Assembly: GCA_964016885.1 (NCBI GenBank)
Contig: OZ024743.1
Span: 53,878,001 to 53,942,000, forward strand
Length of the DNA stretch: 64,000 bases
DNA from: Eledone cirrhosa
Taxonomy: Eukaryota
Reading direction: 5' to 3'
This document shows positions 45,055 through 56,806 of the stretch, one piece after another; the stretch's first letter is position 1; each line of letters begins with the position of its first letter. A program made the position numbers and the translations under genes. The notes beneath the pieces are model-generated. The model worked only from the letters and a program-made list of their open reading frames with translations. It did not search any database and had not been told where the DNA came from.

Positions 45055-46685
45055 CGCATACATCCAGATACACACATACATACACACACACACACACGCA
45101 CACACAATACATACATCCACATGTACACACATATACACACACACACACATATACACATACATACACCCACACACAGAGAAATGGCCTCCAAATATATATA
45201 TATATATACATACAGACACATATATTTTTTCCATAATATAAGAAGTTGGGACAGTGAAATTAAAATACAAGTCATTCTGATCACATTGAGTTCTTCATGT
45301 AGATTGGGCCCCGCAACCGACAGTGGTGAATTCTGTGTGCGCATATATATATAGATATATGTGTGTGCACGTGCAGGGTTTAACATGGATGTGTTGGTCA
45401 CACAAAGGCATGGTCTGTCAACGAATAAACCTGATTTTACAGAATTGGTCTCTGGTCTTTAATAGTAGTGATTCCGTGCGTATGTGTGTTTATATTTTAT
45501 GACAATTCTATTGGGGTGATAACCCGTTTAGTTTTGGTTTAAATTTGTTAAGGAATAGATTTTCTTTGTTTATTCTTTGTTGCTGTGTGAACGAATCTGA
45601 GCACTTGTAGAAGGGGAAGATTTTAAAGTTGGGTAGTGTCATTCCTGCGCAGTTCGCAATATGGCTGCTCAAGGGGATTTTTCTTGTGTTAGCGTCCCGG
45701 ATTTGTTGGCGGTGGATGGTCATTCTTTTGCGTAATGAGGTGCCCGTCTGTCCTATGTAGTTGTGTTTGCACCCACCGCAAGTTATTGCGTAAATCAAGT
45801 TCTCCGAGTTGCAGGTGAAATTGTTTTTTACTGTAAATGTTTGGCCATCTTTGAATGTAAATGTTTGTCCTTCAGTGAGGTAGAGGCACGTTCCACAGTT
45901 TGTTCTACCACATTTGGTAACTGTAGGGTTGAGGATTGGTTTGGGTATATTTGGTCCAGTGAAAAAACATAATTTTATAAGGTAAGGAAATAATAAAGGG
46001 TATAAAAAATGACCGGTTTCGATGGGTCTGCAAAAGCCATCTTTTCAAATGTTGATTAATATTAAGAAAAATTAATAATACGAAGAGTTAAAACTTGAGA
46101 TTTGAAAATTCAAGTATAAAATTCATTGTGGGATTTCATAGCAGTTTTCATCTAGGTAGCAACAACAGGTTGACTGCTGTGTCCCTTTCTGGTAGTGAAT
46201 GAGAAGTTATTTGGGGTGTGGGTTATTTTATAACTAAATCCCTTTCTATCACGCTCCACTCTCCTACCCACCACAGAAAGATATGTGTATGTATATTGCT
46301 TCCACCCCCTCACTGACCAGCAGCTGGCCAGTTGACGATTGCTAAATCTGACCTTTATAAAATAACCCACACCCCAAATAACTTCTCATTCACTACCAGA
46401 AAGGGACACAGCAGTCAACCTGTTGTTGCTACCTAGATGAAAACTGCTATGAAATCCTACAATGAATTTTATACTTGAATTTTCAAATCTCAAGTTTTAA
46501 CTCTTCGTATTATTAATTTTTCTTAATATTAATCAACATTTGAAAAGATGGCTTTTGCAGACCCATCGAAACCGGTCATTTTTTATACCCTTTATTATTT
46601 CCTTACCTTATAAAATTATGTTTTTTCACAAAAAAGTATTCTGTCTCTTATATATTCCATGTGCCATTACCAACCTCAATTTTCA

Positions 46686-46686
<1 letters not shown>
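44096..46686 (-). mobile_element. Internally deleted copy of the Penelope-like element
   Basis: Same ends and pLTRs as 51667-57438; retains only the GIY-YIG coding end (45508-45960); ~3.18-kb deletion joined at a GTGA microhomology (45959-45962). Confidence 0.95.
45508..45960 (-). pseudogene. Orphaned Cys-linker plus GIY-YIG endonuclease fragment
   Basis: Matches the 3' end of ORF 53078-55888 (LIYAITCGGCKHNYIGQT). Confidence 0.9.
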
Positions 46687-46745
<59 letters not shown>

Positions 46746-47423
46746 TAATATCTACGACTCTCTACGTTGTCTCTGATATGTAACACGATATATTGAAGTA
46801 AACAGTTATGGTAGATTCAATGTGCAATACGTTGGAATATATTTAAAATTAAAGAAGGCTATTTTTAAATGTAGATCTAATTAATAATCTATTTTGAAAG
46901 CATGTGGTATCAAGCTAGACATGTTTAAAAGCAACTGAGAGTTGATTCAAGCTGGATCAGCAGTATTTTTTGTTAAGAGATTAATATTTCTAAAGAATTC
47001 TTTAATGAATTACATAAAATTAATTCCACTTTCTCATAAATTTCGATGGAGACATAAAACATGTACTTATGTATTACTTAAGTAAATTCATCTGATATGA
47101 ATTACAATCATTGAGTATATGTTGTACTAGCAGAGATACCGCACACTGAGGGTTTTTTTGCTAGTATAACTATGTCTTTCGTAATATATCAACATATGCA
47201 AATGGGTAAAAAAAGCGAAACTATATTTATGACATGAAACAAGCTTACACCAACATATTTCATCTTGCGGTTTATTTCAATTAGCTATATGTATGGTTGT
47301 GTGTGAGAGACAGGAAAATAAAGGAGTTAATCGTCAGAGAAGACCAAGGAAATACTATTGCACCCCCCCCCCCACACACACACACTTTCTCTCTTATGCT
47401 CACTGAATTTTAGCTTTTAGTAT

Positions 47424-47547
<124 letters not shown>

Positions 47548-47675
47548 TATATATATATAATTTATGTTCATACACGGAACAAAGGCGCTACCCAAGCTTT
47601 CAAGGCCCAAATTTGACCAAACCTCAAGAATATAAGAGGCATCAAATTAGTGACCTTTCTCCAGGAGCTTATACG

Positions 47676-47738
<63 letters not shown>

Positions 47739-49762
47739 GTTATATAGTAAGGTGTATTGTTGGTTGTGTCAAACGGTCCAATAAATTTTTGTTACCAATA
47801 TTAAGTTCTCTACGCTTAGTATATCTCCAATTCCATTTGTGGGAACAGCTAGATGTGGTAAAACGGAGTATTTGTATCAAAATAAAGATCCGAATGCATG
47901 GTATAAATCTCCAATCATTATAATCACGACACATGTTTCAATAAGAGATAGATCGATCGTGTAGCCATGATCGATTATCACTGATCTCTTCAGTTAGGAT
48001 ATAGCTAGACGTATTACACACTCAGTTAAGGCCGATTACGCTCTCTGCACATAACTCTACACACAGTACCCGGTTTCCTTAGACACTGAGTTCCCACAGT
48101 TATGACTGGTCACGTTCCTATCGATTGAACACTACACTAGGTTTTGATCCGTGATCATCTAACCATGGAGTGCTCATGGTTACAGATTGGACAATAATAC
48201 TTACACACCATTAATGGGTCTACACACATCCTCTGGGTTTTGTTATTTTATTTTATTTTATTTTATTTTTATTTTTCTGTTGGATAACACACCTCCACCA
48301 CTCAAACACCTATCTTAAAAGCCCAAGGGCCCATATGACGGGAAATCGCAGTACTGACACCTTAACCCAAATACCCAACCCTACACAGAGTCCCTTGGTG
48401 GTCTACATAGCGGTTGCTTGCACGCACAGATTTGGAGACTCAGAATCTCAATGGGACAACGGCACATACTGAGTTCGATATGAGCTGACTACTTGCTCTT
48501 CACAAGGATGTGTATGTACCAAAACATACACATTTTTGGATGATACTGATGTGTATATACCATAACATACACTATTTAGAGATACGGATGTAACAATTCA
48601 ATCTATACACGTATAGCAGAACATTTAACTGAACTTACTTGTGTGTGTATAGGGTTGCGGTTGACCCAATTTTTCCAATTTACATCGTCAAATTGAGATT
48701 TGACCAATATGACATTTGTTGTTTTGTAAACTAACTTTCGGTGAATACTATGTTGGTATATTTATTTTTTCTTTGACCTCACGTCGGTGTGTGTGTGTAC
48801 TCACTCACACTAACTGTGACCGTCTATAGTTCTACAGATTTGATGCTATGTTGGTATATGTATATATTTTTTGTTTGACCTCGCGTCTGTGTGAGTATGT
48901 GTGTCCCCATTCACATTGACTGTGACCAACTGTAATTCTACAGATTTGATTGATGTCCAGCGTCTTTTACAGCTATTGGGAGATAGAGACTTAATAGTTT
49001 TATGACCCTAACTGAGGACGATAGCAGTCGCCGTGTTTTGACTGCTTGATCTTCATATGAGGGACTAAACTCTGTAAGTGAACATCGATAATTTTCTCCC
49101 TCATATCAAGGATTTGAAGACAATTTATTTTCACCTGACGCAGTAATAATCGATCATGGCTACACGATCGATCTATCTCTTATTGAAACATGAGAGGTGA
49201 TTAGAATGATTTGAAATGTATACCATACCTTCGGATCTTTATATATATATATATATATATTCATGTTTGCAGTCCACTACTAGATAGAGCTGGTCAATTC
49301 CGTATGGTCAATCGTAATGCAATAATATAGAGAGTACTCAACGTAAAGCAGTTCAACCGTCTTTGTTTTTGTAGTTGGTGGTGCTAGTACGGAGTTAAAT
49401 ATTATAATGAAATGACAGGAGGCTGGACTTCTGTAAATCCTTGAAAGGTTTATTATACTATGATCATTTCAATGACCGGGTTCCGTATGAATCCGGTGAT
49501 ATCATCAGGTATTCGAAATATAATAAGTGAATGTAATAGATAAAATCCATGGGGCTGAAAATCAAAGACCCGAGGACGACCGCCATCCAGCATCTTCCAC
49601 CTTTGCCGGTCGCCCTCAAGTGACGTGGCTAAAGCTTACAGTCTGCTTCAACCGGTCAAATAAAGGAAAACAGAAAGGGATAGGAACATAAGTCAGCGTT
49701 AATATGTATATATGTATATATATATATGTATATATATATATATGTATCTATGTATATATATG

Positions 49763-49795
<33 letters not shown>

Positions 49796-49895
49796 GTGTG
49801 TATATATGTATATATGTATATGTATATAGTAATAATAATAAATTTGAAGACTAAAATCCAAAGAGGGCTCGAATGTATATATGTATATATGTATG

Positions 49896-49940
<45 letters not shown>

Positions 49941-50413
49941 GAGTTCAAATCCCACCGAGGTCAAATTTGCCTTTCATCATTTTGAGACCGATAAGAAAAA
50001 CTGCCAATCTATTACTGAGGTCTATTCATCCACTATATCGCTTTCTGACTTCCTCATATCTTCTCTGAAAATGAATAAATAAACATATACGTATTTATAT
50101 ATTTATTCTATTACTTATTTATTTATTCTATTATTTTTATATTTATTCTATTACTTATATATATATTCTATTATAAATATAGAGTTCTTTCTCCTTTGTG
50201 GACTTCTAAGATGACTTGATCTTAACCATATATGGCGACGCTGACAAGTTTTTACAGTCTCTAGGAGCTTATGCTTAAATTGCTTGACTATTTGTCATAG
50301 TAAAAAAATCTGCGTTGAAGCAGGCAACTTTAAGTTAACATGCGTTCAGTGTGTATGCATATATATATGTCACAGTTGTCACAGATGTATGCTATGAGGG
50401 AAAGAAGGGTTAG

Positions 50414-50448
<35 letters not shown>

Positions 50449-51333
50449 AGAAAGAAAAAGAGAGAAAAAAGTAAAACAAAAAGGAAGAATGTTTTCCTCC
50501 CTTTCTATCGGTATGTTTTCTTCCTTTTTTTCCTTTTTTTCCTTTTTTTTCTCTCTTTTTCTTTCTTTCTCGATCTTCGATATCGCTTCTTTCCCTCATA
50601 GCTTTTTGCTAGATAAAATAATATGGGCACGCTACGGATAGATGTATTGTCTATAATGCGCTGAAACATCTGTGACCCGTAGTATACAACTGATGAAGGG
50701 AAAATGTCTATCTCTTTTTTGTGTCCCTTTACTTTCTAACACTCGTTATCAGTAACCTCGTTTTCGAGTACGACCACTACTTTATATCCATGTAGGAGAA
50801 CCTCTACCGATGCGCTGAAAGAGTGTGAATTTTTAGTCCAGTCAGCGACTTGAAAACTCTGGTACAAACACTACACTTGTGACAATTATTGACACATAGT
50901 GCTGGGCCCATGGTACCATGTGACGACAAGTGCAGAGAGATCTCCAGATATAAAGCAATGCCTGTGCCGTGAAGCTTTTACAGTGAGCAAAGGCACTGCA
51001 CAAAGCCACTCCCACTCTCTTGACCAAGATGATATTTACCAAAAAGAAGAACAACTCAACATCATTGGATACTATCAGGGCTGCAGGTGTTATATCAGAG
51101 TTTTCCTTCTAGAATTCTGCCTTGACAAAGGCTAAGTGTCGATTTTGGATGGCCATTGACTCTTAAGAGCTCCTTCCCTTTGACAGGTTTTGTTTTTAGT
51201 CGTGCAGGTTGTGCAGAGTCATCCTCCTCACCAAGAAACCTTGGTGGGTTGCCAGTTTAGTCGCCAATGATCCCGACGATGGGACAGATTGTAATTGAAT
51301 ACATGTTACCAGTAGCACCAACTGGTGACCTGA

Positions 51334-51386
<53 letters not shown>

Positions 51387-51584
51387 TACACATACATTTC
51401 AACATTTCTTGCCGTTTCAACAGCTAGTTCCAGTCTGAAATTAGCTGTTGAAACGCCAATATCCCACCCGTTGGCGTCCCGACTCTTTATAATATAACCA
51501 TACTCTATTACCGCAAGTATCGAGTACTCTTGTGAGTATTCGTCTAATAAGTTTCAAACTGAATCTATGCTGATTAACACACAC

Positions 51585-51630
<46 letters not shown>

Positions 51631-51640
51631 TTTCTTGATT

Positions 51641-51671
<31 letters not shown>

Positions 51672-52217
51672 AGCGTAATTTTCTACACAAAACGAAGGTT
51701 ATAGAGAAAATTGAGGTTGGTAATGGCACATGGAATATATAAGAGACAGAATACTTTTTTGTGAAAAAACATAATTTTATAAGGTAAGGAAATAATAAAG
51801 GGTATAAAAAATTACCGGTTTCGATGGGTCTGCAAAAGCCATCTTTTCAAATGTTGATTAATACTAAGAAAAATTAATAATACGAAGAGTTAAAACTTGA
51901 GATTTGAAAATTCAAGTATAAAATTCATTGTGGGATTTCATAGCAGTTTTCATCTAGGTAGCAACAACAGGTTGACTGCTGTGTCCCTTTCTGGTAGTGA
52001 ATGAGAAGTTATTTGGGGTGTGGGTTATTTTATAAAGGTCAGATTTAGCAATCGTCAACTGGCCAGCTGCTGGTCAGTGAGGGGGTGGAAGCAATATACA
52101 TACACATATCTTCCTGTGGTGGGTAGGAGAGTGGAGCGTGATAGAAAGGGATTTAGTGCACTTACACCTATATATACACACATACCTTCACCCACACATA
52201 CATACATATACATATAC

Positions 52218-52258
<41 letters not shown>

Positions 52259-52431
52259 CACACATACATACACACACACATACATATACATACACACATA
52301 CACACACATATATACACATACACACACACACATATATACATATATATATATACACACACACATATATATACATACACATACATCCAGATACACACATACA
52401 TACACACACACACACACATATATATACACAC

Positions 52432-52476
<45 letters not shown>

Positions 52477-52588
52477 TACATACACACACACACACATATA
52501 TATATATACATACACACATACAAACATACACACACACACACACATATATACACATACACACATATATATACACACACACACACACAGA

Positions 52589-52628
<40 letters not shown>

Positions 52629-53077
52629 CGCATACATCCAGATACACACATACATACACACACACACGCACACACAATACATACATCCACATGTACACAC
52701 ATATACACACACACACACATATACACATACATACACCCACACACAGAGAAATGGCCTCCAAATATATATATATATATACATACAGACACATATATTTTTT
52801 CCATAATATAAGAAGTTGGGACAGTGAAATTAAAATACAAGTCATTCTGATCACATTGAGTTCTTCATGTAGATTGGGCCCCGCAACCGACAGTGGTGAA
52901 TTCTGTGTGCGCATATATATATAGATATATGTGTGTGCACGTGCAGGGTTTAACATGGATGTGTTGGTCACACAAAGGCATGGTCTGTCAACGAATAAAC
53001 CTGATTTTACAGAATTGGTCTCTGGTCTTTAATAGTAGTGATTCCGTGCGTATGTGTGTTTATATTTTATGACAATT

Positions 53078-55888
53078 CTATTGGGGTGATAACCCGTTTA
53101 GTTTTGGTTTAAATTTGTTAAGGAATAGATTTTCTTTGTTTATTCTTTGTTGCTGTGTGAACGAATCTGAGCACTTGTAGAAGGGGAAGATTTTAAAGTT
53201 GGGTAGTGTCATTCCTGCGCAGTTCGCAATATGGCTGCTCAAGGGGATTTTTCTTGTGTTAGCGTCCCGGATTTGTTGGCGGTGGATGGTCATTCTTTTG
53301 CGTAATGAGGTGCCCGTCTGTCCTATGTAGTTGTGTTTGCACCCACCGCAAGTTATTGCGTAAATCAAGTTCTCCGAGTTGCAGGTGAAATTGTTTTTTA
53401 CTGTAAATGTTTGGCCATCTTTGAATGTAAATGTTTGTCCTTCAGTGAGGTAGAGGCACGTTCCACAGTTTGTTCTACCACATTTGGTAACTGTAGGGTT
53501 GAGGATTGGTTTGGGTATATTTGGTCCAGTGAGAATGCGTTTAAGTGATTTGGGTTGTCTTTTACTTTTAAGGATCTTGTGTGTTTCAAGAATAGACTTC
53601 ATTTTTACATCTTTAAGTAGGATGGGGAGGTTTTTGTGTAGGTGATCAAACATTTCGGTATTTCTGGGGTTGAAAGTGGATACATATGGCAGGGTGTTTA
53701 GTGTGGTTTTCTGTTTTGGATTGTTAAGTTGATGGGGATTTAGGTGTTTTGCCCTGTCTATTCCATTGTTGATTATTTCAAGTGGAAAGGCTCTTAAGAT
53801 AAGGGTGTCTTTTAGTTCCTTTAGTCTTTGCTCCCGTTTAGGTGGATCTGATACTATGGTACATATACGTTTGGCCAAATTGTAAGGAATGTTAAGTTTT
53901 GTATGTTTTGGGTGACTTGATGTGAAAAAGAGGTATTGCTTGGAATCTGTGGGTTTATAGAATATATCTGTATCTAATTTCCCGTCTATTACAGAGATGA
54001 GAATATCCAAGAAGGCTAATTCCTTAGGATTGGATTCCATTGTGAATTGTATGTTATTATCTATGTTGTTTATCATGTTTTTAAACGTAGTAAGTGAGTT
54101 CAAGTCTTCTTGCCATAGGATAAAGCAGTCGTCTAGATATCTTTTCCAATTGGCTTTGAGGTGTGTGTGGAAAGAGTCTCCAAATAAGAGAAGAGACTGA
54201 CTGTATATTTGTTGTTCATGGAATCCCATGACTAGGTTGGCATATGTTGGTGCTACTTTCGTGCCCATTGCCGTACCTGATACTTGTCTGTATGTTGAAC
54301 CATTGAATGTGAAGTAGTTATTTTGTAGGATAAAGCGGAGTCCGTCAGTGATAAAATCTGTGTTGATGCGTGTCAGTATTTCTGATGGGTGTGTGTTAAG
54401 CCAGTATTGGACTGCTGTTATTCCATAGTTGTGAGGTATGTTTGTGTAGAGGTTTATTACGTCAAAGGAGACAAGAATTGTATTTGCACTTACTGTTTTA
54501 GGGAGCTGTTTCAGCATGTCAAGGTCATCTCGTATGTAGCTCTGTATATGTTGTAGAAAGGGTTTCAGTAGGATGTCCAGAAAGTTGCTAAGTCTGTGGG
54601 TTTCACATGTAGGGCCTGCTATAATTGGCCTGAGTTTTAGGTCTTCTGGTGGTGTTAGTTCAATGTAATTGTTGGTTGAGGTGTCACATGCATCGTTTAT
54701 GGGTTTACATTTGTGGAGTTTCGGTAAGCCGTAAAAAGAGCTTGTATTGCATTTGAAGTGGCTTATATATTTAAACTCTTTTGTGGTTAAGCTGTTGCGG
54801 TATTTATTCAGTAAGGTCAAAAGGTTCCCCATTGTTTTGGTGTGTTTGTAGTTTTCTGTTTTTTCATAGTATGTGTTGTTTTCTAAAATGTTAAGTGCGA
54901 GGGTCCTATAGTAGTCCGTATTCATAATGACAACAGTACTGCCTTTATCGGCTTCTTTGATAGTTATCTCAGGGTTGTTTCTAAGTGTGAATAATTCTTC
55001 CCATTCGTGTGTAGATAGGTTTGATTTCGTGTGTTTATTTGTAATTTTTTCATAGGGAAAGTTGGTGATGTGTTCGCAGTACGTGTCCAGTGCTTTATTT
55101 CTTCCCTTTTGTGGGCAGAAATTGCTTTTATTTCTAACCAGTGATTCGTCTTCAGTGTTGGTGTCGTTGTGGAAGAATTCCGTTAGTCGCAGCTTTCGGC
55201 AGTATTCCATGATGTCATCCTTCATTTCGGGGAAGTTTGGTTTACGTGGTGTAGGTGTAAATTTCAGGCCCTTACTTAAAATGTTGATTTGTGTGTTGGT
55301 TAGAGGTATCTTTGAGAGGTTGATTATTTTTGGTTTCTCCTGAGGGGGGGGCCATCGAGTATCCTGGCATTTCAGGCTTTTCCCTAAAAAAGGAATGTAG
55401 TTTTGTGTGTGATTATATTTTGTTGGTCTGTTGCGTGTGGGTCTGTAGCTTGTTGTTTCATGAGGGTGAATGTGATGGTGGGGGTGGTATGTGTTGTGGT
55501 TGTTGATGAGCAAGGGTTCTGTTGTTGGTTCATGTGGTCTGGGTGCGTTATTTCTGTGGTACAGAGTGTTGAGGTTGGGGGGTTGTCTTTTGTTGGATTG
55601 AGGGTGATGTCTGGTGTGGTTGTGGGTAAGTTCTGTTGTGATTTCAAGTGGTTTGGGTGGATTTCTTCTAAGGAATGTGGTGTGTGTGTTGTGAGTTGGA
55701 TCTATGTTATTTCGTCGTTGGTTTATGTAGGGGGCATTTCTACGGAAACCTGTGTTGTGGTGGTTGGGTGTGTTTCTTTTGGTGTAGTTGGCCGTATTTG
55801 GTTTGTGTTGGTGGGGGATGTGCCTGTGGTTAGTGTGTGTTGGGTTTGGTGGTGTAAATGTGTCTGTTGTAGTTCTTGTTATGTTCAA
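53078..55888 (-). CDS. PLE reverse transcriptase-GIY-YIG endonuclease (ORF2; begins at TTG in the track, probably reached from ORF1)
   Basis: IINLS..LSKGLKFTP, IKEADKG, FYGLPKLHK, LRPII, SFDVINLYTNIP, GTAMGTKVAPTYANL, RYLDD, FLDI, YKPTD; CGRTNCGTC linker; LIY..YIGQT..R..H GIY-YIG; no internal stops over 936 codons. Confidence 0.95.
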   Translation of the reverse strand: MNITRTTTDTFTPPNPTHTNHRHIPHQHKPNTANYTKRNTPNHHNTGFRRNAPYINQRRNNIDPTHNTHTTFLRRNPPKPLEITTELTHNHTRHHPQSNKRQPPNLNTLYHRNNAPRPHEPTTEPLLINNHNTYHPHHHIHPHETTSYRPTRNRPTKYNHTQNYIPFLGKSLKCQDTRWPPPQEKPKIINLSKIPLTNTQINILSKGLKFTPTPRKPNFPEMKDDIMEYCRKLRLTEFFHNDTNTEDESLVRNKSNFCPQKGRNKALDTYCEHITNFPYEKITNKHTKSNLSTHEWEELFTLRNNPEITIKEADKGSTVVIMNTDYYRTLALNILENNTYYEKTENYKHTKTMGNLLTLLNKYRNSLTTKEFKYISHFKCNTSSFYGLPKLHKCKPINDACDTSTNNYIELTPPEDLKLRPIIAGPTCETHRLSNFLDILLKPFLQHIQSYIRDDLDMLKQLPKTVSANTILVSFDVINLYTNIPHNYGITAVQYWLNTHPSEILTRINTDFITDGLRFILQNNYFTFNGSTYRQVSGTAMGTKVAPTYANLVMGFHEQQIYSQSLLLFGDSFHTHLKANWKRYLDDCFILWQEDLNSLTTFKNMINNIDNNIQFTMESNPKELAFLDILISVIDGKLDTDIFYKPTDSKQYLFFTSSHPKHTKLNIPYNLAKRICTIVSDPPKREQRLKELKDTLILRAFPLEIINNGIDRAKHLNPHQLNNPKQKTTLNTLPYVSTFNPRNTEMFDHLHKNLPILLKDVKMKSILETHKILKSKRQPKSLKRILTGPNIPKPILNPTVTKCGRTNCGTCLYLTEGQTFTFKDGQTFTVKNNFTCNSENLIYAITCGGCKHNYIGQTGTSLRKRMTIHRQQIRDANTRKIPLSSHIANCAGMTLPNFKIFPFYKCSDSFTQQQRINKENLFLNKFKPKLNGLSPQ

Positions 55889-55893
55889 ATACT

Positions 55894-56589
55894 TTATAAA
55901 GGGGTTACCTGTTGGTGCGTCCTTTTAAAGTCTTCTTCATATTTGAGGAACCAGTTTTCGGATTTTTCCCACCGTTTAAGGGAAATAGTTTCTGCATTCT
56001 CGCAGTCCTGTTTCCACGATTTGATTAAATTTTGTAGGGTTGTTCCCTCGGCCTTTTTAGTGCATTCTTCCTCCATATTTTTATCAGTATCCTTATACTC
56101 TTGCTCGTTTGAGGTGGCCCTTAATTTTAGGAGTTCTATTTCCATGTTTATCCTGTTGAGTGACATTTGTTCGCGGAGTTTTCTTTCTGGTTCAGGTTCG
56201 TTTGTAATATGCTTTATTTGGAATTTACGTGGTAAAACTATCGGTGTTGAGTTAATCCATTTTTGGTAAATTCCAGCTTTGTTGAGGTTTTTTATCATAT
56301 TCCAGAAAGTGAATTTTCTGGTTTTTAGATGTTTTTTCCAGAGGTGTCCCATTTGGTTTTTGATATGGAGCAATGTCGTTTGTTCTGTGTTGGTATTCAT
56401 AAGTTTTTCGATGGAGTTGCATACGTTTTGAACGTTTAAATAAATTTGGTTGTCAGTCGGTGTGGTGGTTTGGGGTATATCCTGTTTTTTTGTCAGAATG
56501 GTGAGTTTTCCATTTATCTCTTTTAGGATTTTCAGGATTTCCTCATTTATATTGGAGTTTGAAGTTGTGTTGTCTTGTTCCAGTGCCAT
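55894..56589 (-). CDS. PLE ORF1 / N-terminal region, 231 aa, helical/coiled-coil-like, function unknown
   Basis: ATG 29 nt downstream of the 5' pLTR, uninterrupted, heptad-like stretches (ILKILKEINGKLTIL; REQMSLNRINMEIELLKLR); ends overlapping ORF2 in the -1 frame. Confidence 0.8.
   Translation of the reverse strand: MALEQDNTTSNSNINEEILKILKEINGKLTILTKKQDIPQTTTPTDNQIYLNVQNVCNSIEKLMNTNTEQTTLLHIKNQMGHLWKKHLKTRKFTFWNMIKNLNKAGIYQKWINSTPIVLPRKFQIKHITNEPEPERKLREQMSLNRINMEIELLKLRATSNEQEYKDTDKNMEEECTKKAEGTTLQNLIKSWKQDCENAETISLKRWEKSENWFLKYEEDFKRTHQQVTPL
55897..55903 (-). promoter_or_regulatory. Candidate -1 ribosomal frameshift heptamer C CCU UUA
   Basis: ORF1 ends ACC CCT TTA TAA; the -1 frame reads CCC TTT ATA AAG TAT TTG AAC into ORF2. 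Confidence 0.55.
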
Positions 56590-56758
56590 TTTCCGGATTT
56601 GCGTAGGTTAGTATATATGAAAAGTGTAATTTTCTACACAAAACGAAGGTTATAGAGAAAATTGAGGTTGGTAATGGCACATGGAATATATAAGAGACAG
56701 AATACTTTTTTGTGAAAAAACATAATTTTATAAGGTAAGGAAATAATAAAGGGTATAA

Positions 56759-56806
56759 AAAATGACCGGTTTCGATGGGTCTGCAAAAGCCATCTTTTCA
56801 AATGTT
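56759..56806 (-). ncRNA. pLTR hammerhead ribozyme, U3-A8 variant (copies: 51808-51855 -, 57288-57335 +, 44237-44284 -, 46006-46053 -, 46535-46582 +)
   Basis: AACAT-TTGAAAA-GATGG cttttgcagac CCATC-GAAAC CG GTC-ATTTT; 5-bp helix II, palindromic ACCGGT helix III, weak helix I. Confidence 0.65.

Noticed and set aside
55403-56269. 288-aa antisense ORF over the PLE
   Set aside because: V/C/S-rich mirror of the A/C-rich sense strand; no recognisable motif
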